A DNA stretch of 63,704 nt, filler included, from Octopus bimaculoides (GCF_001194135.2; 4 parts of 4 records of this genome joined end to end with filler, not necessarily neighbours in it); one strand, 5' to 3'. Counted from the whole stretch's first letter, positions 51,513 through 63,704 are shown. Made by a program: numbers and translations. The notes: generated by a model from the letters alone, not told the origin.

Positions 51513-52525
51513 CTTTCTTTATTGGCCACCAAGGCTGGATACAAAACATAGAGGACAATAGACAGACGAAGGACAGTGTGTTTAAATGGGTAAACAGCCA
51601 ACAAACACGATTAACAAAGAGATTAAATCAACATTATGCTTCCCCAATAGTGGGGAGTTCCACCATAAGGTGACCAAAGAGACAACATGCACTTTGAACC
51701 TCTTAACACCAACGGCTCCTCAGGAAGGCACCCTTTCTTCTCCTTTCGTCCCAGCCTGGAGAGGCACACTTAGAGTAGGCCCATTCACATAGGCCATTCT
51801 TTCCACATTCACCCACCTTTCAACGAACTTACTGGGTGACAGTACCTCCCTCTCAAGGCCTCATTAACCCCAAAAAGTTAATGAGGCCTTGACCAAAGAT
51901 GAATGCATCCATCTTCAACCCTTTCAGTCGCATCCATCACACAATCTCTTTTGCCAAACCCACCAGACAGAGAAAAATTACCCTCCCTTCCCACCCAAAG
52001 GAAGAAGGTGGGGCAATCTTCACAATGGACTTGGATGATAGCTGGATCTGTCCTACACGTGACAATAACTGTTTGACAAATCTCTACAAGTCAGCAATGT
52101 GTGAGCACTGTACGAGAACATGCAGAATGGTTACATTGCTCCACATGCATCTCGGACAAGCCCGACTGACTGCACATCCATGCCTGTAGAGCTTATCTCG
52201 AACTGGTAGCGCCCCCTCACACACACACACCTGCTCATCATTAAGGTATCGCTGGAGATATTGCAGCCTCAGCGCATGTATGTGCATCATCAGCCATGGT
52301 ATGCCCAGACTTCCATGCAATGGGTGCTGACAGCAAATGAACGACCTGACAGCAAATGAACCACTTGACCCTTCCACCAGATGCAGAAGAGCAAACACAC
52401 CAGCCTGTTTAATCACAAAGTGGAGCAAGGGACAACAGTCAGGCAGTAGTATATGATGGATGTGATGTACACATTCGCCACCTCCACCCGACCTTTCAGA
52501 GACAGCATCCTCTCGGCACATAATA
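51513..52525 (-). mobile_element. L1/Tx1-like LINE 3' fragment (zf-RVT, 3' UTR, (ATT)n tail)
   Basis: GALPVRDKLYRHG..CPRC..TILHVLVQC; 3' end ..gtggccaataaagaaaga(att)n. Confidence 0.75.
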
Positions 52526-52700
52526 CCTACAAAAATCAGCATTGCTTAGAACTGCAAGAATTCTTCACAGGGTTCTTGAAACATGACCAGTAAACAAGGG
52601 TCACCTTAGTTTGCTGGCTGTGGACAGCTGACACTTTCCATAATACCCAGCAAAATAAGCTGAGAGTTTTCATCAAATAATACTGATAATAATAATAATA
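52526..52700 (+). mobile_element. R4/Dong-like extreme 3' end
   Basis: LQKSALLRTARILHRVLET* followed by UTR and (AAT)n. Confidence 0.6.
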
Positions 52701-53063
52701 ACGCATGAGCAGAAGTAGTTGGAGGGGGGGGGCAGCATAGCCATGTGTTGAGAGGAATTCTTTGGGTTTGAATAATTCCCTTCTGGAAGCATTAGTGTTT
52801 TGTTCAACATCCTTAAACAACCCTTATTTAGGGACCTTTCGAGCAGGATGGGCAACTTGACCTGAAGAAAATTCTAACTGGGCCCCACCTGCAAGGTCAT
52901 GCTCTGTTTATCTTGATATAAGGTCACCATGTCATGCACATATGGTTGTGATCCATGTGCCTAGTGTACCCTTTTCAGACAAGCAGTCATGATGGGTATA
53001 CTTGGCTTCATATATCTTATCCTGGTGTCACTTTGATGTCATGCACTGCTCTGTCACTCAATA
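52700..53063 (+). mobile_element. Second copy of the (AAT)n-tailed dispersed repeat at 14761-15320
   Basis: Reverse-complement homology. Confidence 0.7.
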
Positions 53064-53072
53064 ATAATAATG

Positions 53073-53129
<57 letters not shown>

Positions 53130-53199
53130 TTAATCACTGTTAAAATTATTATTATTTTACTTTGAAAATATTGTAAATATTTTATTTTATAATTATTTT

Positions 53200-54600
53200 A
53201 TGCATTTACTAGCACTTCGTCAGCAAAAGGTAAGTTTTGTTTTTTTAAAAATGCATTTTGGTTTATCTAACAGCTTGCTTCCAAATTTATTCTTAAATGA
53301 GTAGCAAATTTTTCTATTCCAAGACCTTAAGTATAATAGATATAAGGGGACCAAGCTAACACTTGATGAAACTTTAAGTTTCGAAGTCAAGATTTGATAA
53401 AGTTCATCAATGCATAAATTACAGTGTCTTTTACCAATACCATAAGATTTAGCACTAATAATTTCCCACTAAAGTTTATATTCCTTATTATTATCTTTTA
53501 GCTTCCAAATAAATTTGCTTAGACTGGTAGAATTTAATTTATTCCTCTTTTTAAATGTGTATTCATGGTTTGCAATTCTACACTTCACGAAATTCACAGT
53601 AGTCTCAAAATAAAAATAATATCTACTTTCAGTTTCAACCATGTATCTATATACTACATTATTTTGCTTACAGAAGTTATTAGAATAACATTTTTCCTTA
53701 AATTTACAATCACATCTTTTATTTATATCATTTATCCTATAATCAGTACCCATATTATTAATGTTTATTGTATTAGTTATATTAACATTATTTATAGCTT
53801 TATTGATAAAATGGGAATCTACATGGGTTACTTCTCTTACATCTTTGGATGTTTATATCCCACTTTGTTTAGGGTTAAGTTACAGCATTCCACATTATTA
53901 TTGAAAATCTCTTCATTAGAAAAAGGTATGAAATTCTTCTTGAAATATTTGGAATTAAAGTATGTGTTACTGATTTTGGATGATTACTTTGATAATTAAT
54001 ATATTTTAAGTTAGCATTAGGTTTATGATAGAGTTTGTGTGTACCAGTAATAAGATTAACATTAACATCTAAAAAGTTGACAGAACTATGTTCATTTTCT
54101 ATAGTAATAAATAGTCCATAGTTTTTAAAGAACTTAAGTACATCATCCCTATATAATCCACTGCTAAGATCAGGAAATTCTCTACTTAAGTTAAATTAAA
54201 TGTATATTCCAACAAGATCAGTTACTTGTGCAGAGTTAGCTGATCTCATTGTTATATCAGAACAATTATTAGTATCCTTCCTAATCCAGTAATTATTGTC
54301 AAAGTAAATAATAGATTTCCTAGCTTTTAAAATAATTTTATTTTCCTTCATACTTAGGTTTAAGTTTTTTTTAGTGAATAAAAGTGCTTTGTTTAACAAT
54401 ATAGGATTAACAGAAAAAATATAATTATCTATATCCACTAGTAAGAATTTATTTCTATTTTCATATTCAATGCTATTAAGCCAGTATATTGCTTCCTAAC
54501 TAAAAGAAATTATGGAATTAAACACAGATTATTTCCTCTTTTCTATGGCATATTCAATTATAGATACTACTTTCTCAGTGTTAGTAGCATTAAGAAATAA
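53200..54600 (-). mobile_element. Degenerate Penelope-like element (RT plus GIY-YIG endonuclease)
   Basis: DIDNYIFSVNPILLNKAL..KARKSII..DITMRSANSAQVTDLVGIYI (RT); CDCKFKEKC..VVY..NH..STSLSKFIWKLK (GIY-YIG). Confidence 0.85.
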
Positions 54601-54901
54601 TCCCAAAACAAAATATATGTATGTGTGGGTGCTATTTTCTCTTCATGGTTGGGGTTATAACATTAATGGGTATGCGTTTGAGTGGTAGCAATGATTGTCC
54701 TTGTCCATAATGATACTGTTGATTGATGGTGTTCAAAGAGGAATCATATAAAAAATTTAAAGAAAACAAAATGATTGTATGAAAATCATATATTCTATTG
54801 GTGAAAATAATCAAAGTTAGTGTCAAGGACATGCTCAACTTCTAACTCTAAACTACCACCACCACTACCATCACTTCTACCACTGCTACTCCTCTTTCTA
54901 C

Positions 54902-55773
54902 TGTGGTATGACGTCAGTGTGTGCGGAGGCTGACCGGAAGGGCGAGTTGACCGGAAGAGGAAAAAGGGCAGAGGGAGCCTCGATCGGGATTCGTGCCCTT
55001 TTCGAACGGGGTCGTGGTCAGGACAAGACGTGTTAAGCGACGGACTAGGTTTGGGAGAAGCAGCTGCTATTCCTGGTGTTCTTTGGGTCGGGGCAAGCTT
55101 CAAGGATTGGATACTGCAAGACAGACTTGCAGTCGATGAAAGGAAAACCGAGGTAAGGTGATTACATCTACTCGCACGCATACACCACAAGCTATTTCGG
55201 CCCCACGTGTAGAAATTCGCCGCGATGACAGCCAAGATTAGAATCGCCAGCGATGTCATCAGGCCTTTTAATGGCGAAGGAGATGTGATGGTTTGGANNN
55301 NNNNNNNNNNNNNNNNNNNNNNNNNNNNNNNNNNNNNNNNNNNNNNNNNNNNNNNNNNNNNNNNNNNNNNNNNNNNNNNNNNNNNNNNNNNNNNNNNNNN
55401 NNNNNNNNNNNNNNNNNNNNNNNNNNNNNNNNNNNNNNNNNNNNNNNNNNNNNNNNNNNNNNNNNNNTTTAAGATCAGGGTGGCGTGTGGTATGACGTCA
55501 ATGTCTGGGGAGGCTGACCGGAAGGGCGAGTTGACCGGAAGAGGAAAAAGAGCAGAGGGAACCTCGATCGGGATTCGTGCCCTTTTCGAACGGGGTTGTG
55601 GTCAGGACAAGACGTGTTAAGCGACGGTCTAGGTTTGGGCGAGGCAGCTGCTATTCCTGGTGTACTTTGGGTCGGGGCAAACTTCAAGGATTGGATACCG
55701 CAAGACAGACTCACAGTCGACGAAAGGAAAACCGAGGTAAGGCGATTACATCTACTCGCACGCATACACCACA
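54902..55773 (+). mobile_element. LTR retroelement: 288-bp LTRs (54902-55189, 55486-55773), gag start, TCTAC TSD
   Basis: TGTGGT..ACCACA termini; 16 mismatches over 288 nt by eye; MTAKIRIASDVIRPFNGEGDVMVW from 55225; purine-rich tract before the 3' LTR; TSD at 54897-54901 and 55774-55778; internal 170-N gap. Confidence 0.9.
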
Positions 55774-55919
55774 TCTACTACTACTACTTCTACCACCAAC
55801 ACCACTACCAACACTTCCACAACTACTACTACTACTGTTGCTGCTGCATGCTACTATTGCTCCTACTGCTGCTGCAGCTGCATGCTACTGTTGCATGCTG
55901 CGACTTGCTGTTGCTGCTG

Positions 55920-55951
<32 letters not shown>

Positions 55952-55961
55952 NNNNNNNNNN

Positions 55962-55993
<32 letters not shown>

Positions 55994-56050
55994 TAAGCAA
56001 CATTAATAATACTTGTTTCAAATTCTGGCCCAAGGCCCAGCAATTTTATT

Positions 56051-56345
56051 GCATAGTGGTTAAGAGTGCGGGCTACTAACCTCAAGATTCCGAGTTCGAT
56101 TCCAAGCAGTGACATGAATAATAATAATAATAATGATAATAATAATAATAATAATAATAATATCGAAAAATACCTTAGGAATGAAAACCCAGGTTCGAAA
56201 TTTCCCCAAGACCCCTGATGAAAGTTAGAGGGTATATCAGCTGAAACGTGTTAACAACAAACAAGATGAGGACTAATATCCGTCAAATGTAAATAATGTA
56301 AATAGTGTACATAATTGCTCATCTCTTAAATATAGAACTGTATTA
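56051..56345 (+). mobile_element. tRNA-headed SINE-like element (family C) with hammerhead-like motif
   Basis: A box tagtggttaa, B box gagttcgattcc, internal (AAT)n, ctgatga..gaaacgt motif. Confidence 0.75.
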
Positions 56346-56759
56346 CATTAACTCCCATGACTGGTACTTTATCAAACCTAAAATGATGAAAAGCGAAATT
56401 GTTTTAGGCAGGATTTGGACTTAGAGCATAAAGTATGAACAGAAGTACCACAGATCATTTTTATGATGCTCTTATAGTCCTGTTCATAAAGATAACTTTC
56501 AACTTTTGGCACAAAGCCTGCAATTTTAGTGGACAGGGTTAGTTGATTACATTTACCCCACTACTAAATTGGTACTTTAGTTTATTGGCCCCAAAAGGAT
56601 GAAAGACAAAGTTGAGCTCAGTAGTATTTTGAATTCAGAATGTAGAGTCAGAAGAAATGCCACTAAGCATCTTGTCCAACACACAAGAGATCCTGCCAGC
56701 TCTTGCACTTATAATAATAACAACAACAACAACAATAATAATAATAATAATAATGATAA

Positions 56760-57270
56760 TAATAAACTGACAGAAAGATAGATGCAAATAGGCCAGACAT
56801 CATATTGAAAGACTTCAGACAAAAATCATGCCTCCTCATTGATATGACTGTCCTAATCGATATAAATGTATCTGTCAAGACCTACCAAAAACTGGGCAAG
56901 TATAAAGATCTTGAAATAGAAATTAGTAAAATGGGGAACCTGAGGACTAAAACAATACCTGTTGTCATAGGTGCCCTGGGAATGATAGCAAAGGCGGCTG
57001 ATACCAGGGAACTCCAAAATGGCAGAAATTCAAAAGATAGTGCTCATGGGAATTGCCCATATCCTACGCAAAATACTTTCTATGTAATCTCAAATTTTAA
57101 AACAAACATAATTTTCCTATGGTTTCTTAAACATTATCTAGAACAACACTATGTACAAAACCAAATATATGGCACCCTAGGTATAACACCAACATGAACT
57201 TCTAACTTGTTATCTCTTGAGGTCTCTGGGTGAGACTTGGAGCCAACTTGTACAAATGTAAAACAAAAAA
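56760..57270 (+). mobile_element. R4/Dong-like RLE 3' fragment
   Basis: RPDIILKD..CLLIDMTV..KLGKYKDLEIEI..PVVIGALG; follows (AAT)n. Confidence 0.8.
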
Positions 57271-57289
57271 GTCTAACATAAAATACTAA

Positions 57290-57632
57290 TAATACAGTTC
57301 TATATTTAAGAGATGAGGAATTATGTGCATTATTTACATTTGATGGATATTTGTCTTCACTACACCATATGCCTGTGGGCATATGGCATGGTAGTTAAGA
57401 GCGTGGGCTACTAACCCCAAGATTCCGAGTTCAATTCCAGGCAGTGACCTAAATAATAATAATAATAATGATGATGATGATGATAATAACATCGAAAAAT
57501 ACCTTAGGAATGAGAACCCAGGTTCGAAATTTCCCCAAGACACCTGATGAAGGCTGGAGGGTATATCAGCTGAAACGTGTTAACAACAAACAAGATGAGG
57601 ACAAATATCCATCAAATGTAAATAATGTACAA
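57290..57632 (+). mobile_element. SINE-like family C copy preceded by an inverted copy of its own 3' tail
   Basis: 57290-57360 is the reverse complement of the family tail; forward copy ~57385-57632. Confidence 0.75.
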
Positions 57633-57644
57633 TAATAATAATGG

Positions 57645-57846
57645 TTTTGCAATTTTGGCATAAGGCCACCAATTTTGAGGGAGAGGTAAGTTGATTACAT
57701 CGGCCCCAGTGTTCAACTGGTACTTATTTTATCAACCCTGAAAGGTAAAGTCAACCTTGGTGGAATTTGAACTCAGAACGTAAAGATGGAGGAAAAGCTG
57801 CTAAGCATTTTGTCTGGGATGCTAATGATTTGGCCACCTTGCTGCC

Positions 57847-57894
<48 letters not shown>

Positions 57895-58111
57895 GTCCTT
57901 TCTACTATAAGCACAAGGCCTGGAATTTGGGGGAGGAGGATAGTTGATTACATTAACCAGTGTACACAACCGGTATTTATTTTATCAGCCCTGAAAGGAC
58001 GAAAGGCAAAGTTGACCCCAGCGAAATTTGAACTCAAAACGTAAAAATGGACCAAATGCCACTGAACATTTTTCCCAGTGCACTAACAATTCTGCCAGCT
58101 CACCACCTTGC

Positions 58112-58145
<34 letters not shown>

Positions 58146-58210
58146 CCTTTCTTTTATAAGCACAAGGCCCGAAATTTTTTGGTGAGAGGGGACTAGTCGA
58201 TTACATGCTA
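57645..58210 (-). mobile_element. SINE family A copies separated by (AAT)n
   Basis: Core motifs; a further copy lies at ~56500-56700. Confidence 0.75.
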
Positions 58211-58438
58211 ATGATTATTTAATCAAATAATTCTGTGTAAATTTGATGAAATTCTCCTGTCATTTTATTCATTTCTCCAGGATGTGATGTTAATAACCCA
58301 CAAATATATTTCTCTTCATGCATTTTGAGTATATATATATATATATAAATGGCAGTGCCCCAGCATGGCCACAGCTCATGAGCTGAAACTAGATAAAAAA
58401 ATTTTAAAAAAATGTATGTAAGTATTTATATATATAGT

Positions 58439-58473
<35 letters not shown>

Positions 58474-58574
58474 NNNNNNNNNNNNNNNNNNNNNNNNNNN
58501 NNNNNNNNNNNNNNNNNTTAATTAATTAANNNNNNNNNNNNNNNNNNNNNNNNNNNNNNNNNNNNNNNNNNNNG

Positions 58575-60075
58575 GCCCCTTATCACCAGCTGAGGTGAGA
58601 GCTCTCTGAACTTTGCCCAGGCTATTCTTGTTTTAGCAGCTACACTTTCAGCGCACCCTCCCCCACTACTAACTTGGTCGCCCAGATAGCGGAAGCTATC
58701 AACTAAGTCTAGTTTTTCTCCCTGGAGTGTGGCCAAAGTTGTTTTCTGCACATTTTCTGTGTTTATTGCACCTGAACATCTGCCACATACAAAAACTAAC
58801 TTCCTAGTTAACCTTCCTTTGATATTGCTGCACCTCTTATATGTCCATAGCTTGCACTGGGTACATCTTATGGAGTTTCTACCTACGCCTTTTCTACAGA
58901 TCAAGCAAGGCCATCTACCTGAAGGGGTTTGTGTTTTGTTTACCTTCCTACTTATTAGGACATTGGTTTTAGCTAGGTTGATTCTAGTCCTTACTTCCAT
59001 ACCTGAAACTTCTCTAGTTTTGATAGTGACTCAGCAGTTAGTGCAAGGTCATCAGCATAGAGGAGCTCCCAGAGGCATCCTGTCTTGAATTCCTCTGTTA
59101 TTGCCTGGAGGACTATGATAAATAGGAGGGGACTGAGAACTGTACTCATTTCCAACTGTACTCATTTCCAACTGTACTCATTTCCAACCCTCACCTCACT
59201 GACAGCGTCTCTGTACATGGCTCGCACAGCTCTCACTAACCATTCTTCTATCCCTAGTTTCCTCATTGACCACCAGATAAGGGATCGGGGGACCCTGTCA
59301 AAGGCTTTCTCCATGTCAACGAATGCCATGTACAGAGGTTTATCTTTGGCTAAGTATTTCTCCAAAGTTGTCTTACCAGAAATATAGCATCAGTGGTGCT
59401 TCTCCCTGGCACAAACCCAAACTGCATCTCATCTAAACTGAATCTCTTCCTAATTAGTTGTGCTATGACCTTCTCCGTGACTTTCATTACCTGATCCAAC
59501 AACTTGATACCTCTGTAATTGTTTGTGTCTAAAGCAGTTGACTATGATGCTGCTACACCAGTCATTGTGTATGACTCCTTTGTGTATCACCTGGTTAACT
59601 ATACGGGTGACTAGGCTATAGCCGACACTGCCAGATATATTGAGCATCTCTGCAGTGATTCCTGATGGGCTGGGGTTTTCCCTGTCTTCATACGCTTAAT
59701 TGCTTTATCTACCATGGTACTGTCAACTCGGATAGCTGGTCCCACTGTTGGCTTGACATTCAGCAGACTCTCTTCCTTCCATTCCTTCTCTTTATTGAGC
59801 AATCTTTTGTAGCGGCGTCTCCAAACTTCTTTCTTTGCAGCCTCGTTTAGTGCAAGTATACCATCATCCATGCGAACACATTTCTCTCTCACACACTGTC
59901 TTGCAACACGAAATATCTCAAGTCTTTGGTTCTCACAGTGCAGAACATTGGCAAATTTTTTCTCATCTGCTTCCCCTCTGGCTAAATAAACCTGTCTCCT
60001 AGCTTCTCTTCTGGCAGTCTGATACAATTCCATGCTACTGCCATTCTTCCAGTTTTTCCAAGCCTGTTTCTTTTG
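58575..60075 (-). mobile_element. RTE-clade LINE RT fragment, copy 1
   Basis: YMAFVDMEKAFDRVPRSLIWWSMRKLG..; WPCLICRKGVGRNSIRCTQCK..; FRYLGD. Confidence 0.9.
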
Positions 60076-60126
60076 TCTAATATATAATATCTATATAATA
60101 TATAAATATATATAATATAAAATATC

Positions 60127-60159
<33 letters not shown>

Positions 60160-60179
60160 ATGTATAATATCTATATAAT

Positions 60180-61620
60180 CTCTCTGACCTCGCACATCAG
60201 CAAGGTCATGGAATGAATAGTCAGAAGAAAACTTATCGCCTGCTTTGAATAAAATGACTTGTTGTCTGACACCCAACATGGTTTCTGACAAGGAAGAAGC
60301 TGCCTAACTCAGCTCTTACAAAATTATGACTGGGTGCTGAAACAGCTACTCAACCACTCAAATGTGGAAGTGATATATCTCGACTTTGCAAAGGCCTTTG
60401 ATAAAGTCGATCATGGAATGATATGTCACAAACTACATGATCTTGGTGTAGTTGGAAAATTGGGAGAATGACTTCATGACTTTCTGAAGGATAGAAGTCA
60501 GATGGTAGTAGCCAATGACACGCAAATAGTGAGTGGTGTTCCGCAAGGCATTGTTTTGGGACCACTACTGTTCATAATGGCCCTCTCAGACATGCTCTCA
60601 GCCACACAAAGAGCCATGATCACAAGTTATGCAGATGATACAAAAGTTTCACAGGTAATACAGAACCCTGAAGACACTACCCACCTGCAATGTGAACAGG
60701 ATGAAATATACAAATGGGCTGAAAAGAATTACATGCAGTTTAATGCTGAAAAGTTTCAAGCCTTGTGCTATTAGAATGCAAATCTAAATGCAGTACCCAT
60801 CAAATACACTGGACCTGGAGGGACTACAATTCCAGAGGAACAGTCAGTGTGAGACCTGGGCATTTACATGAATAATAATGCATCCTTTCATGTGCATGTT
60901 GCTAAATTGTCAATGAAATGCAGGCGACTGACCGGATGAATTCTTAGAACTTTTAGAACAAGAGATCAGGAAACCATGATGGTCCTCTGGAGGACACTTG
61001 TCCTAAGCCACTTTGACTATTGCTCTCAGCTATGGTCACCAACCAGTGTGAAATTAATCTCAGAACTAGAGGCAATCCAACAAAGCTATATGAAAAAGAT
61101 AGCGTCTATGGAACATAAAAGCTATTGGGAAAGACTCAAGAGATTAAGACTCTATTCCTTAGAGCATAGGCAAGAAAGATATGCCATAATATACATCTCA
61201 AAGATGCTCGAAGGACTTGTTCCAAACTTTGGCATCAAAAGTTACACAAATAAAAGCACTGGACGCCGCTGCATAGTACCAAGGACTCCAAATTTGCCAT
61301 CAAGATGTAGGACAAGATAGTGTAATAGCCTGTGCTTCAGAGGTCCACAGCTCTTCAATATCCTCCCAAAGGACCTGGGAGACTTGCATAGAGTGGATGT
61401 AGGTATCTTCAAAATAAAGCTGGACCTCTTACTGTCAAGTGTCCCAGGTGAACCAGCTTCATGGCAGGAGGTGCAGATAAGGGCAACTGCATCAAACTCT
61501 CTCATGTACCAAATGTCAATTTCTGAAGTAAAATTCGTGAAGTAAAATTATGTAGCAACACCAAATAGCGCTGCCCCAGCATGACCACAGCTCATGAGCT
61601 GAAACTAGATAAAATGAAAA
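60180..61620 (+). mobile_element. CR1/L2-group LINE, 5'-truncated (RT, C terminus, 3' UTR); a short 3' end copy lies at ~58345-58400
   Basis: YLDFAKAFDKVDH..SGVPQGIVLGPLLF..YADDTK..; 3' end ccccagcatg.ccacagctcatgagctgaaactagataaaa. Confidence 0.9.
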
Positions 61621-61959
61621 AATAAATGAAAATATGTGTATAATATATATATNNNNNNNNNNNNNNNNNNNNNNNNNNNNNNNNNNNNNNNNNNNNNNNN
61701 NNNNNNNNNNNNNNNNNNNNNNNNNNNNNNNNNNNNNNNNNNNNNNNNNNNNNNNNNNNNNNNNNNNNNNNNNNNNNNNNNNNNNNNNNNNNNNNNNNNN
61801 NNNNNNNNNNNNNNNNNNNNNNNNNNNNNNNNNNNNNNNNNNNNNNNNNNNNNNNNNNNNNNNNNNNNNNNNNNNNNNNNNNNNNNNNNNNNNNNNNNNN
61901 NNNNNNNNNNNNNNNNNNNNNNNNNNNNNATATATTATATATATACTTAATATATATAA

Positions 61960-63704
61960 TAGCATGGGTTGGACGATTTGACTGAGGACTGGCAAGCCAG
62001 AAGGCTGCACCAGGCTCCAATCTGATCTGGCAGAGTTTCTAAAGCTGGATGGCCTTCCTAATGCCAACCACTCCGAGAGTGTAGTGGGTGCTTTTACATG
62101 CCACGGCATGAGGTCCAGTCACACGGTACTGGCAACAGCCATGCTCAAAAAGGTGTTCTTTACATGCTACCTGCATGGGAGCCAGTCCAGCAGCACTTGC
62201 AACGACCTCGCTCGAATGATTTTTTAACGTTCCCGATTACATTCTAATGGTGCTATTTACGGGCCACTAGCATGGAAGCCAGACAGCTGCTCCGGCAATG
62301 AACACGGGTGACCAGTCATCGAGTATGGTTCAATTATGATTTCACTTGCCCCAACAGGTCTTCGCATGCAGAGTTTAGTGTCCAATAAAGAAGACGTTGG
62401 CATGGGTGCCAGTCATCGGATTTGATTCGATTTCGATTTCAGATTTCAATTTCAAATTCCAAATTAACTTGCCTTAACAGGTCTTCGCAAGCAGGGTTTT
62501 TAGTGTCCAATCAAGTAAAGATACGGATTAGTGAGCTGGCTACACTTCTGGCAGAGATCACAGATTATGCTCTCACTTGCCTTTCCAGGTCTTCTCATGT
62601 ACTGCATATTTCCAAAGGTCCCGGTCACTGGTCATTGCCTCGGTGAGGCCTAAAGTTCAAAGGTCGTGCTTCACCACCTCATCCCAGGTCTTCCTAGGTC
62701 TACCTCTTCCACAGGTACCCTCAACTGCTAGGGTGTGGCACTTTTTCACACAGCTATCCTCATCCATTCTTGCCGCATGTCCATACCAGCGCAATCGTCT
62801 TTCTTACACACCACAACTGATGCTTCTTAGGTCTAACTTTTCTCTCAAGTGTGCATACTCGACAGAGTGTAAGTACACGCTGTCGAGTATGCACACTTAC
62901 ATAACACATCCATTGGAGCATACTGGCTTCGTTTCTTGCAAGCTTACGCATGTCCTCAGCAGTCACGGCCCATGTTTCACTGTCATGTAGCATGGCTGTT
63001 CATACACATGCGTCATACAGTCTGCCTTTTACTCTAAATGAGAGGCCCTTTGTCACCAGCAGAGGTAAGAGCTCTCTAAACTTTGCCCAGGCTATTCTTA
63101 TTCTAGAAGTTACACTTTCAGTGCACCCTCCCCCACAACAAACTTGGTCACCTAGGTACCAGAAGCTATCAACTACTTCTAGTTTTTCTCCCTGGAGTGT
63201 GGCAAAGGTTGTTTTCTGCAAATTTTCTGTGTTTATTGCTCCTGAACATCTACTTCATACAAAAACTATCTTGCTAGTTAGCCTTCCTTTGATATTGCTG
63301 CACCTCTTATGTGTCCATAGCTTACACTGGGTACATCTTATGGAGTTTCTACCTACGCCTTTTCTACAGATCGAGCAGGGCCATCTACCTGAAGGGGTTT
63401 GTGTTTTGTCTACCTTCCTACTGATTAGGACTTTGGTTTTAGCTAGGTTGACTCTAAGGCCGTTCGATTCTAGTCCTTGCTTCCACACCTGAAACTTCTC
63501 CTCTAGTTCTGATAGTGACTCAGCAATTACGGCAAGGTCATCAGCATAGAGGAGTTCCCAGGGGCATCTCATCTTGAATTCCTGTGTAATTGCCTGGAGG
63601 ACTATGAGAAATAGGAGGGTGCTGAGGACTGAACCTTGGTGGACTGCTACCTCCACCCAGAATTCTTCACTGTACTCGTTGCCAACCCTCACCTTACTGA
63701 CAGA
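61960..63704 (-). mobile_element. RTE-clade LINE, copy 2 (RT C-terminal half plus complete 3' UTR; runs off the window end)
   Basis: VHQGSVLS.LLF..ELLYADDL; GGGCTESVTSRIRIAWAKFREL; LHDSETW; continuous into the widespread 3' UTR repeat. Confidence 0.9.

Overview
AT-rich, repeat-dense animal genomic scaffold with many N gaps. The repeat families and microsatellites look like an octopus (coleoid cephalopod) draft genome; this is an inference. One host gene is supported, on the minus strand. It is built around a ~3.8 kb giant exon (1294-aa open frame, 17630-21514) whose first ~200 aa are a catalytically dead KRBA2/SCAND3 (Ginger2/TDD)-type DDE integrase fold. This is followed by ~950 aa of low-complexity sequence and a Cys/His cluster, with phase-compatible small exons on each side. 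Its downstream flank holds several inverted repeats, including a 43-bp pair that would be fully paired (3 G-U) only in the gene's own transcript. The rest is a transposon graveyard: RTE, R4/Dong-like, CR1-like, L1/Tx1-like, HERO-like, CRE-like and Penelope fragments; mariner, maT, hAT and piggyBac-type non-autonomous elements; several tRNA-derived SINEs (one carrying a Penelope-type hammerhead motif); and a short LTR element with 288-bp LTRs and a 5-bp TSD that may be a TRIM. No rRNA, credible tRNA gene or CRISPR array. All family assignments are by motif recognition by eye; no database searches were run.
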